64,000 nucleotides of DNA from positions 4,123 to 68,122 of the IMG/VR virus record IMGVR_UViG_3300037225_000351. The stretch is one strand, 5' to 3'. Under the pieces are notes generated by a model that was not told the origin of the DNA, ran no database searches, and saw only the letters and a program-made list of their open reading frames with translations. Positions 38,101 through 46,201 of this stretch are shown one piece after another; positions within the stretch are counted from its first letter, which is position 1, and every line of letters starts with the position of its first letter. Both the position numbers and the translations under genes were made by a program. Origin of the DNA: a virus.

Positions 38101-38994
38101 ATTATACTCTACAAATTTATTCCAATCAGTTTTCCATATATCATTAATTGTTCCTTCAAAAGTTATCTTGCCTTCTTTAATTTCCTCTAAGCATATCGCA
38201 TCAAGACTATATTTCTCTCTTTTTGTACGAGTAAAGTTCTTATATAAATCCAAGTAATCAAGTGTTGCGAGTCCTGCAAGAGAGTAACCACCACCTTCGA
38301 CATGATATCCGTCCTGATGTGAGTTCTCTCTATGAATGTTTAAAGGGGATAATGAAAGATCCAATTGCAGAATCTCGCATCGTTTGATAATATAAGGAAT
38401 ATCGAAGACCTTACAAAACCAACCACTCAACACGGACAACCTACATTTTCTAAAAAACTCTATAAATTTTGTAAGAAGAACAGTCTCATCGGCGCAATAG
38501 ATATAATTTTTTACAGATTCATCATTCCCTGTATATTCCTGAGTTCCGAATGTATAAACTTGATCTTTTTTACTTAACCATAGAGATATAAGATTGATTG
38601 GACAGTTAGGATTTTCTGGTTTTGACCACGATCCATCACTACGAACTTCTATATCTATTATTCCAATATTAAATTGTTTGATGTCTGATTTTATTATTTG
38701 ATTACCGTAAGTCTTTTGTAGGAATTTGATTTCTTGGGAGATCTTAGCTTCACAAGTTTTAATGCCACACTCTAAAAGGGATTTCACACCATCGTAAGAC
38801 TCTGAAATTTCTTTTAGAACTGGCAGACCATAGATATCTTTGATTGCTGATTTGTTTTCTTTATCATAGATGTAGTAGTCAAATTCTGCCTCTACTTCAT
38901 CATGTCTATCCTTTCCTGCATCGTCTATATAGTAATGATGAAGCTTGGAGTGGTACATATCATAGTAGACGTTCTTAAATGCAATTGGAGACAT
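35176..38994 (-). CDS. gp43: Family B DNA polymerase (gp43-like), intein-containing
   Basis: Exonuclease DIE, FDIPY and YNIQD; polymerase DIVSMYP, KIYMN/SIYG, DTDS and KKY. Start at MSPIAF via a TAATG overlap. Confidence 0.95.
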   Translation of the reverse strand: MSPIAFKNVYYDMYHSKLHHYYIDDAGKDRHDEVEAEFDYYIYDKENKSAIKDIYGLPVLKEISESYDGVKSLLECGIKTCEAKISQEIKFLQKTYGNQIIKSDIKQFNIGIIDIEVRSDGSWSKPENPNCPINLISLWLSKKDQVYTFGTQEYTGNDESVKNYIYCADETVLLTKFIEFFRKCRLSVLSGWFCKVFDIPYIIKRCEILQLDLSLSPLNIHRENSHQDGYHVEGGGYSLAGLATLDYLDLYKNFTRTKREKYSLDAICLEEIKEGKITFEGTINDIWKTDWNKFVEYNIQDVLLVKKLDDKLRLFELAISMCHDSLIPLEKIFSSVNLITGQVLKYCHRKNIVIPDRQKSEGHRDFEGAHVMAMEGYYKWCENFDIVSMYPHVQMAFNLSPETLVHDPLDNSDLIKTPIEGIYYKKQLGILPEIIKNIFDRRVENVTKYNVCIGVDEGLDDKEISKRYKIELAQIPYLKAQIEEEKGTAKYYDRNQYVKKIYMNCFHKDTKIMTVDGEKFIKDVKVGDLVYSINKENHNLEIKPVEKTYEYDYVGELVCLKSKKIDLKVTPEHNLLETKFKKRIIQTIKAKELLEFKGRKKFPIHNKIIKEYKEEFIYLNEYIDNKDEYEYLISYPNNHDLRLVRTELNNKGVFLNLEQIQSECRLKMALIKDIPSNEQIRNCYDFGFIIYARHKRNKRCSLQLLKINIKEFSKFIGIYLAEGSLYENVKKNYSNGNVRGLTKKITITQSKKVHPIIYEKINDLFNNITDDKMGKIRDKKNQCICSDLLYQIVKDNFGKKYDKHILNNKFDNVIDYNLLFEYMYLGDGNKTRNSFRYNISLKYKKLFNDYMQLCLLLGFMPHYSIDSGCYRIWIIKTDFTIKQYQIKKEYYKDKVYNLTVKDNHTVYVGRNGKFMWAGQSIYGATGSPYFCLYNIDISRTVTACGRDLIKYLTNKTNTYLLENWHLIAQKIIPEYVRVKDVVPLKKEVVCLIDTDSGHICFQEMLDTIGLEFKDNKEFLEFTHKINDRLFNPFYDRILNLYAERYGIKQIFKFKAEKIITKKLIIAMKKYVDEIIEKKGQRFDIPKLAITGIEIVRTDTPRFCREKIKEVVKMIFDTEDKSKVIDYIRKIKLEFFKCSPDEIAKPSGIKEYQKYSKSIQEYLNTGLSYDKGTPQRNKASINYNYVVGFYKLPLKYIDDREKIKFVYVYDNNFINQEVIAMISKWPDKFNELFNVNYEKQWEITFEDVIGRFFHSLGWGKITLETNSLEEMFA
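36238..37482 (-). mobile_element. Intein (415 aa) with LAGLIDADG endonuclease and C-terminal Gln in the DNA polymerase
   Basis: N|CFHKDT ... VTPEH ... GRNGKFMWAGQ|SIYG, with IGIYLAEG and YLGDG blocks. Confidence 0.92.
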
Positions 38995-39374
38995 TAGGTA
39001 GGTATTTCCTTTTTTAATTTTTTTCTTTGATAATTTTTCTTGTTGTATGCTTTTCTTTCTTCTATGGTCATACTCCAATATCTTTTTTTGTCTCGTTCTC
39101 TATAATATTTTCTTGATTCTTCTATGTTTTCGTGGTAGCGTTTTCTTTGATATTCTCTTTGATAATTGTCTACTTTATCTTTATTTTTAGGATAATAATC
39201 GGTTAAAAAATATGTATAATGCTTTTCGTTTACTGATTTTTTATTTTTCTGATACCATGCTTTAAAGTATTTGTTATTAACTGCTGTATAATAATTATTT
39301 GCATAAGCATTTGTTCTGCCATTCTCTTGAGTTTCCCATGCTTTAACACTTTCAACATATGAAGTTGCTTTCAT
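38994..39374 (-). CDS. Basic Tyr/Lys/Arg-rich helical protein resembling homing-endonuclease N-terminal arms
   Basis: Start at MKATSY (AAAGG RBS, downstream of a promoter); no nuclease motif visible. Confidence 0.5.
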   Translation of the reverse strand: MKATSYVESVKAWETQENGRTNAYANNYYTAVNNKYFKAWYQKNKKSVNEKHYTYFLTDYYPKNKDKVDNYQREYQRKRYHENIEESRKYYRERDKKRYWSMTIEERKAYNKKNYQRKKLKKEIPT

Positions 39375-39405
39375 TAGATTCCTTTGAAAAAATTCTAACA
39401 AATAA

Positions 39406-39434
39406 AGTATAATGTTTTTTTGGAGAGATGTCAA
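39406..39434 (-). promoter_or_regulatory. Early promoter, copy 7 (polymerase/MTase operon)
   Basis: TTGACA-N17-TATACT. Confidence 0.85.
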
Positions 39435-39448
39435 GAAGTTTCTTTTGT

Positions 39449-40606
39449 TTATAGCATCTTTAGAAATTTAGACATCCACTTTGGTCTAAGATAAAATTTG
39501 TTGTATGCTTGTTCTTTAAGTTCATTTATTCTATCAGCAGTAAAATTATTATGCTTAAAACAGAGATTATATCCTGTCATGTTTTCATATTTTTCTGTTA
39601 ATTCTACTTGTGATGAAAGTTTGGTTCCAGGATATGGAGTTGAAACAAAAAATTCTGCGATGTTTGGATTGAGATATATAGAAAGATTAATTGTTTCTTT
39701 GATTGTTTCTTCTGTATCTTTAGGAAATCCAAGTATAAAAAAGCATGTTGTTTTAATTCCAATTATCTCACAATAATCTATGATAGCTTTGATTGTATTA
39801 TTAGATGGTTTAGTCCGATTAACTGACTTTAAAACTTCTTCATTGCCGCATTCAATTCCAAAATGTATAGCCTTACATCCAGACTTTTTCATTTCATATA
39901 ATAATTCTAAGGTCACAGTCTCAATTCGAGTCTCACAAGCAAATTCTAAATTATATTTCTTTAATTCATTTATAATTTTAATGGTTCTATCATTATCTGC
40001 TGTAAATAAAGGATCTCTAAAAATTATTCCCTTCACATCATATTTTTTTACATTATTTTCTATTTCTGCTATAACATCATTTAAAGGTCTTGGATTCCAT
40101 TCTCCATAATAAGAACAATAAGGACAATACGAGCATTTATATTTACATCCATAAGCTGTTACCATTGGCACTACAGGACTCTTTTTTAGAGATGGAAAAT
40201 ATTTGAATGCTTTATAATCAAATAGTTCCCACATTGGAAAAACATTATTATCAACTTCGATGTATTTTTTAATTCTTTCAAGATTATATTTTGCGGTTGC
40301 TCCAAAAAATGTGACATCTTTAAGTTCTTTTGAGACATTCAATTCATGTTCAAATCCGTTAAGAGATGAATGAATATAATAAGCATCTGCAATTCCTGGT
40401 TCGTTTGCTACTGTCACGTTGTGTCCTGCCATTTTTAATTTAGATGCTATAAGTGCAGTTTGGAGATCTGGTATATTGACACTTTTACTTTTAGCCCATC
40501 CTATCATTTTTGGAATAATAGAATGTCCTAAATCAAAGCCAAGCCCAAAACTCCCCATGCAGTCTTTATTTACTTTTGATTTTAATGAAAGAACTTGGAT
40601 TTGCAT
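39449..40606 (-). CDS. Radical SAM enzyme of the B12-binding (class B / BchE-like) type
   Basis: GCKYKCSYC (CxxxCxxC), FRDPLFT, FGIE, FILGFP and TPYPGT, with a shortened N-terminal Rossmann-like B12 domain (LKMAGH). Confidence 0.85.
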   Translation of the reverse strand: MQIQVLSLKSKVNKDCMGSFGLGFDLGHSIIPKMIGWAKSKSVNIPDLQTALIASKLKMAGHNVTVANEPGIADAYYIHSSLNGFEHELNVSKELKDVTFFGATAKYNLERIKKYIEVDNNVFPMWELFDYKAFKYFPSLKKSPVVPMVTAYGCKYKCSYCPYCSYYGEWNPRPLNDVIAEIENNVKKYDVKGIIFRDPLFTADNDRTIKIINELKKYNLEFACETRIETVTLELLYEMKKSGCKAIHFGIECGNEEVLKSVNRTKPSNNTIKAIIDYCEIIGIKTTCFFILGFPKDTEETIKETINLSIYLNPNIAEFFVSTPYPGTKLSSQVELTEKYENMTGYNLCFKHNNFTADRINELKEQAYNKFYLRPKWMSKFLKML

Positions 40607-40612
40607 TAAGAA

Positions 40613-40641
40613 AGTATAATGTTTTTTTGGGGTGATGTCAA
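40613..40641 (-). promoter_or_regulatory. Early promoter, copy 8 (probably yields a leaderless mRNA)
   Basis: TTGACA-N17-TATACT ending 6 nt before the ATG at 40606. Confidence 0.85.
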
Positions 40642-40649
40642 GAACTATT

Positions 40650-41855
40650 TTAAAGAATTGATGTCCACCTCTGAATATTCTTTGCAGATTCTAAGTAACG
40701 ACCTTCTTTTTTCATCCATTCATATTGTTCCTTGAGGACTCTGTTATACTCTTCTGGCTCACTATAATGATCTATAATATTTTCTATATCACTTACAGAA
40801 CAATTGTGAGATATGGAAGTTAAAATTTTTTGATATGGAGATGGAAGTTTTGGATTAGTAAAAGAACTTCCGATGAAAAGATTTCCACTTGCGCTGGCTT
40901 CAACCATCTTTATATCACTTTTCGATGCGTTAAAAAAGTTTTCCTGTAAAGGTGCGACCATGAAGTCTGTTTTACATTTGAGAACAGCAGAGGAATGTTG
41001 ATAACTATTTACCCATTCAAGAACTGTTATTCTGTCTCTAAGATTTTCTAAGAACCAGGGACACCCTCCCATTATTGTCAAGGAAATTTTATTTTCTCGA
41101 ACTCCTTTAATTAAAAATTCACTCCATGCTCCTTGAAAATCTCCTGCAAGTTTTTTTTGATTACTGTAATGGCAAGGACTGCTCGCAACGAGAATCTTAG
41201 GAATTTTTATTTTTTCAGTAATTGGCTTTTTTCTTTGATTTCCCCACGAATATTGAGCAGCACAATTTGGGAGGTAGAAAGTAGGAACATTAATTTTTAA
41301 AGTGTTGATAATGTAGGAAAGAAGGAATTCGCTCGGACTAGTTATGAGGTCGCACAATTTCATGCTTTCAATGCAACAATTTCTTACTGCTTCTGTGATT
41401 GTTGCTCCTCCATTATTATATTCTGGAATACATTCTCCTATGTCTTCTCCAGCGAAAATGAAATCGTCTAATTCATATATAAGTTTGTATCCGTACTTTT
41501 TTTGAAGTTCTTTGAGCTGACGGATTTCTTGAAGATGCGGACCTGACATTAATCTTTGAAGAAAAAATGATTTTGTTTTCATTAAAATATTATGTTGGAA
41601 TATAATAGGATTACTTAATATTACTTCAAGATTTCCTTCCTTGGAGAATAAATTATTGATGTAATTTAATGGCTGTGAGACCCTATAAAATGCGCAGCCG
41701 GCTCTATCAGATGAACTCGCAATAACTAAGTTCTTCTGAAGTTTTTGTAAAGATGGCAACGTTTCTGAGAGTTTTTGGCCTATATTTGGTTGCATTAGTT
41801 GTTGTTTGAAGACAGCAAGATCACTAGTTGGAAGCGAAACAATATTATTCGACAT
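40650..41855 (-). CDS. GT-B fold glycosyltransferase
   Basis: GCAFYRV, LQR, YELDD, PN and APLxxNxFNxSKSDIKxxE. Confidence 0.8.
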   Translation of the reverse strand: MSNNIVSLPTSDLAVFKQQLMQPNIGQKLSETLPSLQKLQKNLVIASSSDRAGCAFYRVSQPLNYINNLFSKEGNLEVILSNPIIFQHNILMKTKSFFLQRLMSGPHLQEIRQLKELQKKYGYKLIYELDDFIFAGEDIGECIPEYNNGGATITEAVRNCCIESMKLCDLITSPSEFLLSYIINTLKINVPTFYLPNCAAQYSWGNQRKKPITEKIKIPKILVASSPCHYSNQKKLAGDFQGAWSEFLIKGVRENKISLTIMGGCPWFLENLRDRITVLEWVNSYQHSSAVLKCKTDFMVAPLQENFFNASKSDIKMVEASASGNLFIGSSFTNPKLPSPYQKILTSISHNCSVSDIENIIDHYSEPEEYNRVLKEQYEWMKKEGRYLESAKNIQRWTSIL

Positions 41856-42543
41856 TCAATTCTCCTTCATCACAATCAAAGTTCTCTGATGTTCCTTCTG
41901 CCATTTCCTTTTCAATATCCTCTTTATTTTTCCAAACACGATAGCCAATACAGTTACTCTCACAATCAGAGCAAATATTAGGAACAATTATCTCCTCTGA
42001 ATCCATAATATTAATTACCCCGAAACCATCTATGTACAAATATATCGCATCAATCATAGTCTCAAAGTCTACAAATTCTCCTACAATAAATTGATGATGA
42101 TCTTTTACATTTTTTCCATAGTGAATTGCAACCATCACATAATAAATAATTTCTTTATCAACATCACCATAACGAGAAAATGAAGCGGTAGGTTTTTCTA
42201 ATAGCGGAGGAGGAGCGTCATGAGGATGTATGCAATCTTTTTTAGGAAGACTATTGACCCATAAATCTCTATAAGCATTTAATTTCTTAGGATCAAAATC
42301 CATTTTATGTTCTCTGATGAAATCTCCGAAAGCATGAGAATTTACTGCAACTAAAATAGATCCTTCGGTGTTCGCTTGGAGATCTACTACTTCGCTACAA
42401 TAATCCCCATAATTCTCAGATGTCATTTCAGGAGCCATTGCCTGCCACGATTTCCAGTCAGGATACATCAAAAAAGGAATCCTAAGCTTTGGTTTTGCAA
42501 TGTGCTTTTTCTTTGTGGTTCTTTTCTTAGTAATTGTCGCCAT
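41845..42543 (-). CDS. Hypothetical protein
   Basis: AGGAG RBS; packed ORF. Confidence 0.55.
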   Translation of the reverse strand: MATITKKRTTKKKHIAKPKLRIPFLMYPDWKSWQAMAPEMTSENYGDYCSEVVDLQANTEGSILVAVNSHAFGDFIREHKMDFDPKKLNAYRDLWVNSLPKKDCIHPHDAPPPLLEKPTASFSRYGDVDKEIIYYVMVAIHYGKNVKDHHQFIVGEFVDFETMIDAIYLYIDGFGVINIMDSEEIIVPNICSDCESNCIGYRVWKNKEDIEKEMAEGTSENFDCDEGELNVE

Positions 42544-42552
42544 AAAATTCTC

Positions 42553-43578
42553 CTATTCTCTTAGAGATTCCTCATAAATTGTTTTCAGTAGATCTTTAAT
42601 TTCTTCTTTGTTTTCTATACTCTCTTGGAGGTCCGTAAATTCATTTATAAGTTCACACAATGACTGCCCTTTCTCTGATATCTCAACCGTACTGTCAAGA
42701 TCCTCAGATTTAATTATTACATTACTCAGAGAAGCAGGATTACATTCGTTTACTTGCTTTATGTATTCCTCTAACTTTTCCTCGTTCTCTGTATCTTTCT
42801 CTTGTATAAAAACCTTGACATAATTCTTTGAGATCTCAGATGGAATGATAGGATCGCCATATGAGAGTTTAATATGTTTGGCTGATTGTATGTTTTCAAT
42901 AAAAGAATACTCTAAGGTATCTATGTCTAAAATGTAAAAGCCTCTCTTTTGTCCTACATCCCCCCAATTATTTTGGATAATACTTCCACAATATATAATT
43001 TCAGTATTTTCAAGTTTCATTGTCTGTTGCTGGTGAAAATGTCCTGAGAATACTTTTTTGAATTTCTTAAATGTTTCTGGATATAAAGAAGATTCAGAAT
43101 TTTTCCCACCCATCGAAAAGCTATTAATATCAAAATGCCCCGCTACAACCTTTGAATTATATCCTTTTATGTCTTCAATAAATTTCTCATTATCAAAAAT
43201 CCAAGGTACTAAAAGCATTGAAGTATCAAATATATTAACTTCTTGCATCGATTCTATTACTCTTACATTTTGGAATTTCTTTAAGAACTTTAAGGAATTT
43301 ATATCTGTTGTCGTGTTGGTATAGCAGTCATGATTCCCCACAAGAACAGTAAAGTGAAATTCATTATCAAAGAGCTTATAGACTTCATTTTGAATTTTAG
43401 TTTGGACGCTCACGCGATTTTCAAAGCAATCTCCGAGAACTAATACTTCATTTATATTATTGTCTTTTAAGTATGAATAAAATTGATTATTAAAGAATCT
43501 TTTTTGAGACTCTAAGACAATATCAGAATTTTTAGATGCGCCGAAGTGCCAGTCTCCACAAATTGCAATCTTACTCAT
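42553..43578 (-). CDS. gp47: Recombination nuclease subunit (gp47 / Mre11 / SbcD-like)
   Basis: GDWHFG, LGD, GNHD, GH and SGHFH motifs. Confidence 0.92.
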   Translation of the reverse strand: MSKIAICGDWHFGASKNSDIVLESQKRFFNNQFYSYLKDNNINEVLVLGDCFENRVSVQTKIQNEVYKLFDNEFHFTVLVGNHDCYTNTTTDINSLKFLKKFQNVRVIESMQEVNIFDTSMLLVPWIFDNEKFIEDIKGYNSKVVAGHFDINSFSMGGKNSESSLYPETFKKFKKVFSGHFHQQQTMKLENTEIIYCGSIIQNNWGDVGQKRGFYILDIDTLEYSFIENIQSAKHIKLSYGDPIIPSEISKNYVKVFIQEKDTENEEKLEEYIKQVNECNPASLSNVIIKSEDLDSTVEISEKGQSLCELINEFTDLQESIENKEEIKDLLKTIYEESLRE

Positions 43579-43593
43579 TATTATTCTTCCTTA

Positions 43594-44010
43594 CTAACTT
43601 TCTATCTGTAAATTTAAATATATTTTGTTATCTTTTTCTTCCGTAATAATAGCACTTAATACAAGATCTCCAATATCATGACCCCAAATTCCATACTTTC
43701 CATCTGTTGTATTTCTATTGTATAATACTTTCCTTTGATTACCTGGGATTATTTTAATTTTTGTAGATTCCTTTTCTTCCTTGTAAATTTTATGATATGC
43801 TTTACTAATACATCTAACAATATCTCTTTTAGTAAATCCTTCTTTTTTATTTGCTTTGATGATGACTTCTGTAGGATTTGTTAGAGGATATGTTATTTTT
43901 ATTATTGCTTCTTTGAATGGTATAAGTATGTCATGATCATCTAATCTATCTAATTCGGGCGATGCAATACTAACATAATCATACTCATATTCAATTTCGA
44001 TTGTACTCAT
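43594..44010 (-). CDS. Conserved hypothetical protein
   Basis: YPL...GFT...IYxEE...GKYGIWGHDIGDL pattern. Confidence 0.6.
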   Translation of the reverse strand: MSTIEIEYEYDYVSIASPELDRLDDHDILIPFKEAIIKITYPLTNPTEVIIKANKKEGFTKRDIVRCISKAYHKIYKEEKESTKIKIIPGNQRKVLYNRNTTDGKYGIWGHDIGDLVLSAIITEEKDNKIYLNLQIES

Positions 44011-44036
44011 AAAATTTCTCCTATAGGTTGGATTGT

Positions 44037-44429
44037 TTATTCTTCTTCAGAACAATAATCTACAGTATCACTAGCATATATTGCGTCCCTGCTCGTAAGA
44101 TAATCAAGCGAAGTGAATAAAGTATCTCTTTTTTTATTTGATATAATACACTGGAGCACAGAATTCCAAACGATCTGGCTGAAATACGAAAATGGGTTTC
44201 GATATTTGACGTCGTAATTTTTAAGATAGCGGACACAATAATAACAACTCAAGCTAACAAATTCTGATTTTCTGTCATCTGTATATTTTATAAAAGAGAG
44301 TTTTTGTAGCATGTGTTCTGAAATGCTTATAAAAATTTTTCCGAGTTCATTGTAGTCTTTTCTATTGCCCGTATTTTTATAACTCACAAGCAAATCATAA
44401 AATCGCTGGTTGTCTACGTAATTAGGCAT
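44037..44429 (-). CDS. gp55: Late-transcription sigma factor (gp55-like)
   Basis: NYVDNxxF, FxxYT, NYD and NPFSYFSQI; matches the TATAAATA promoters in the window. Confidence 0.85.
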   Translation of the reverse strand: MPNYVDNQRFYDLLVSYKNTGNRKDYNELGKIFISISEHMLQKLSFIKYTDDRKSEFVSLSCYYCVRYLKNYDVKYRNPFSYFSQIVWNSVLQCIISNKKRDTLFTSLDYLTSRDAIYASDTVDYCSEEE

Positions 44430-45303
44430 TTCTTATATTTTCCTTTTCTATTTTTGGAAGCAATTCCCTTTTTATTATAATTCCTTTATATGTAGTAATG
44501 TTTGATTTTGTACTTTTAAATCGCATCCATATTGTTTTTCTTTGTGATATATTAAAAATGGTATAATAATTTTCATTGTTACTTAACGTATATTTAAATT
44601 TTTTTGGTCTTTTCCCTTTAATTCTTTCTATAAATTTTTTTATATTTTCTTCGGATATTCCGTTTTTCTTTTTTGTTTCGCTTATTTTTCTTTTGGTTTC
44701 ACTAGAACACACAACCCCTTTATTCCAAGGAATGTGTCCTTTCTTTGCAATACTCATTTTTAATCTTGCTTCAACAGATAATTTTTTCCCTCTATTACGA
44801 TTTCCAATTTTGATTTTTGTGGCAAGTGTATGGGTTCTGTTTTTGCCTATTATTCTCAATTTTCTTTTATGTTTATCTGTGTGTTTAAATCCTGCACTTC
44901 CTTTTCCTCCTTTGGCAATATTATATCCTATTTTTGGATCAGTAGCACTAAGAGCAGCAATCCAATACGTTTCTCTATCATCAATATTAGCAGAAGTATT
45001 ATATTCAATAGTTTCTCTATAAAAGTTTTCATATCCATATTTTTTAATTGCTAATTTTATTTTTATTCCACTTCCTAAATAAGTTTTAAAATCTTTAGTT
45101 AATATTTTCTTTTGACCTACGTAAATCTTCTTATTGATCTTACAAATAGTCACATAAGTAATATAAGTCATAGGAATAATTGTCTCAATATAGACTCCAG
45201 AAACAGTAAAATCTATATCTGCGCTTAAAGAAGGAATATCAACAGCAGAAACATAATAGGAATAAGTAGGAGCAGATACTCCAGATACATTTAAATTTTC
45301 CAT
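44422..45303 (-). CDS. GIY-YIG (Seg-like) homing endonuclease with NUMOD3 repeats
   Basis: YITY...IYVG, YLGSG, AIKKYGxENF, GYNIAKGG and NUMOD3-like HTxxTKxKI repeats. Start uncertain (45303 or 45171). Confidence 0.88.
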   Translation of the reverse strand: MENLNVSGVSAPTYSYYVSAVDIPSLSADIDFTVSGVYIETIIPMTYITYVTICKINKKIYVGQKKILTKDFKTYLGSGIKIKLAIKKYGYENFYRETIEYNTSANIDDRETYWIAALSATDPKIGYNIAKGGKGSAGFKHTDKHKRKLRIIGKNRTHTLATKIKIGNRNRGKKLSVEARLKMSIAKKGHIPWNKGVVCSSETKRKISETKKKNGISEENIKKFIERIKGKRPKKFKYTLSNNENYYTIFNISQRKTIWMRFKSTKSNITTYKGIIIKRELLPKIEKENIRNA

Positions 45304-45397
45304 AAGATTTGAACCTTTCATAAATAAGAGATAAGAGGACAGCAACCGGAAACCTTTCACGATTGTTGGGTAGGTACTACATACTTACCCTCACTCT

Positions 45398-45405
45398 TAT
45401 TTATA
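45398..45405 (-). promoter_or_regulatory. T4-type late promoter within the 5' arm of a stem-loop
   Basis: TATAAATA; ATAAATAAGAG is complementary to CTCTTATTTAT about 75 nt downstream. Confidence 0.7.
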
Positions 45406-45418
45406 ATTTTAGTATCAA

Positions 45419-45652
45419 TCATTTTATCCTTTTCAATTTACCAAGTGCTTTAATACTTTTATCTAAATCTTTTGTATCAATCATAAATCGAAAATGTTTG
45501 TGTTCCTTCGAGTCTGCAATAGCTACAATAGGAAAATCTAAGACACATTCAAAAACGTCTTCTTCAGCTTTTATAATGAATAATTTTGATAAATCCAATT
45601 CGTAATTATCTGGAATTTCTTTAAGCCATCTTTTTAAACTTTTTACTTTCAT
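45419..45652 (-). CDS. Hypothetical protein
   Basis: Packed ORF. Confidence 0.5.
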   Translation of the reverse strand: MKVKSLKRWLKEIPDNYELDLSKLFIIKAEEDVFECVLDFPIVAIADSKEHKHFRFMIDTKDLDKSIKALGKLKRIK

Positions 45653-45921
45653 TTGATTTTCCTTTTCTTTTCAAATGTTATCACCCAATTCTTATTTCCT
45701 TTTTGATATGTAATAATAGGTTTTTGTGTCGAAACAATTCTAACACTGTTAAGGTTTTTTATATAATAATTTGCGTCTTGTATAGTTAAAAGTGGAGGAA
45801 TAATAGAAAATGTACTATCAATCAAACGACAAACAGATATACTAGAATCAATAGAATTTGTGCTATCATTTATTCCAGCATAAAGAAGTGATACAAATGC
45901 AATAATTAAAAGTGATTTCAT
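45649..45921 (-). CDS. Signal-peptide-bearing hypothetical protein
   Basis: MKSLLIIAFVSLLYA N-terminus; AGGAG RBS. Confidence 0.55.
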   Translation of the reverse strand: MKSLLIIAFVSLLYAGINDSTNSIDSSISVCRLIDSTFSIIPPLLTIQDANYYIKNLNSVRIVSTQKPIITYQKGNKNWVITFEKKRKIK

Positions 45922-46201
45922 TTCTTCTCCTTAAATATTAGTTTTGATTTTCTGCATCTCTATGAGCCTTTTCAATGTTATGTATAAGACGGTCATTTCG
46001 TTTGAGAATTTTCTTTTGTCTGGCTGTTAGATCTTTATTCAAAACAGCACTTAAAGAATCTGTCATAATATTTACAGGATTTATTTTCTTTTGTCTCTTT
46101 ATCTTTTCCTTTTTATCACATTTCGTACATATAGGCCGATCATCAAATAAATAATATCCTTGTTGCTTTGGACATTGTTTATTCTTAGGACATCTCATAA
46201 T

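Noticed and set aside
38994-39434. ORF-track N-terminal extensions of this ORF and of gp43, rnl2, ruvC, gp4 and the GIY-YIG gene
   Set aside because: The extensions overlap promoters or upstream genes; downstream starts have an RBS or stop-start coupling.
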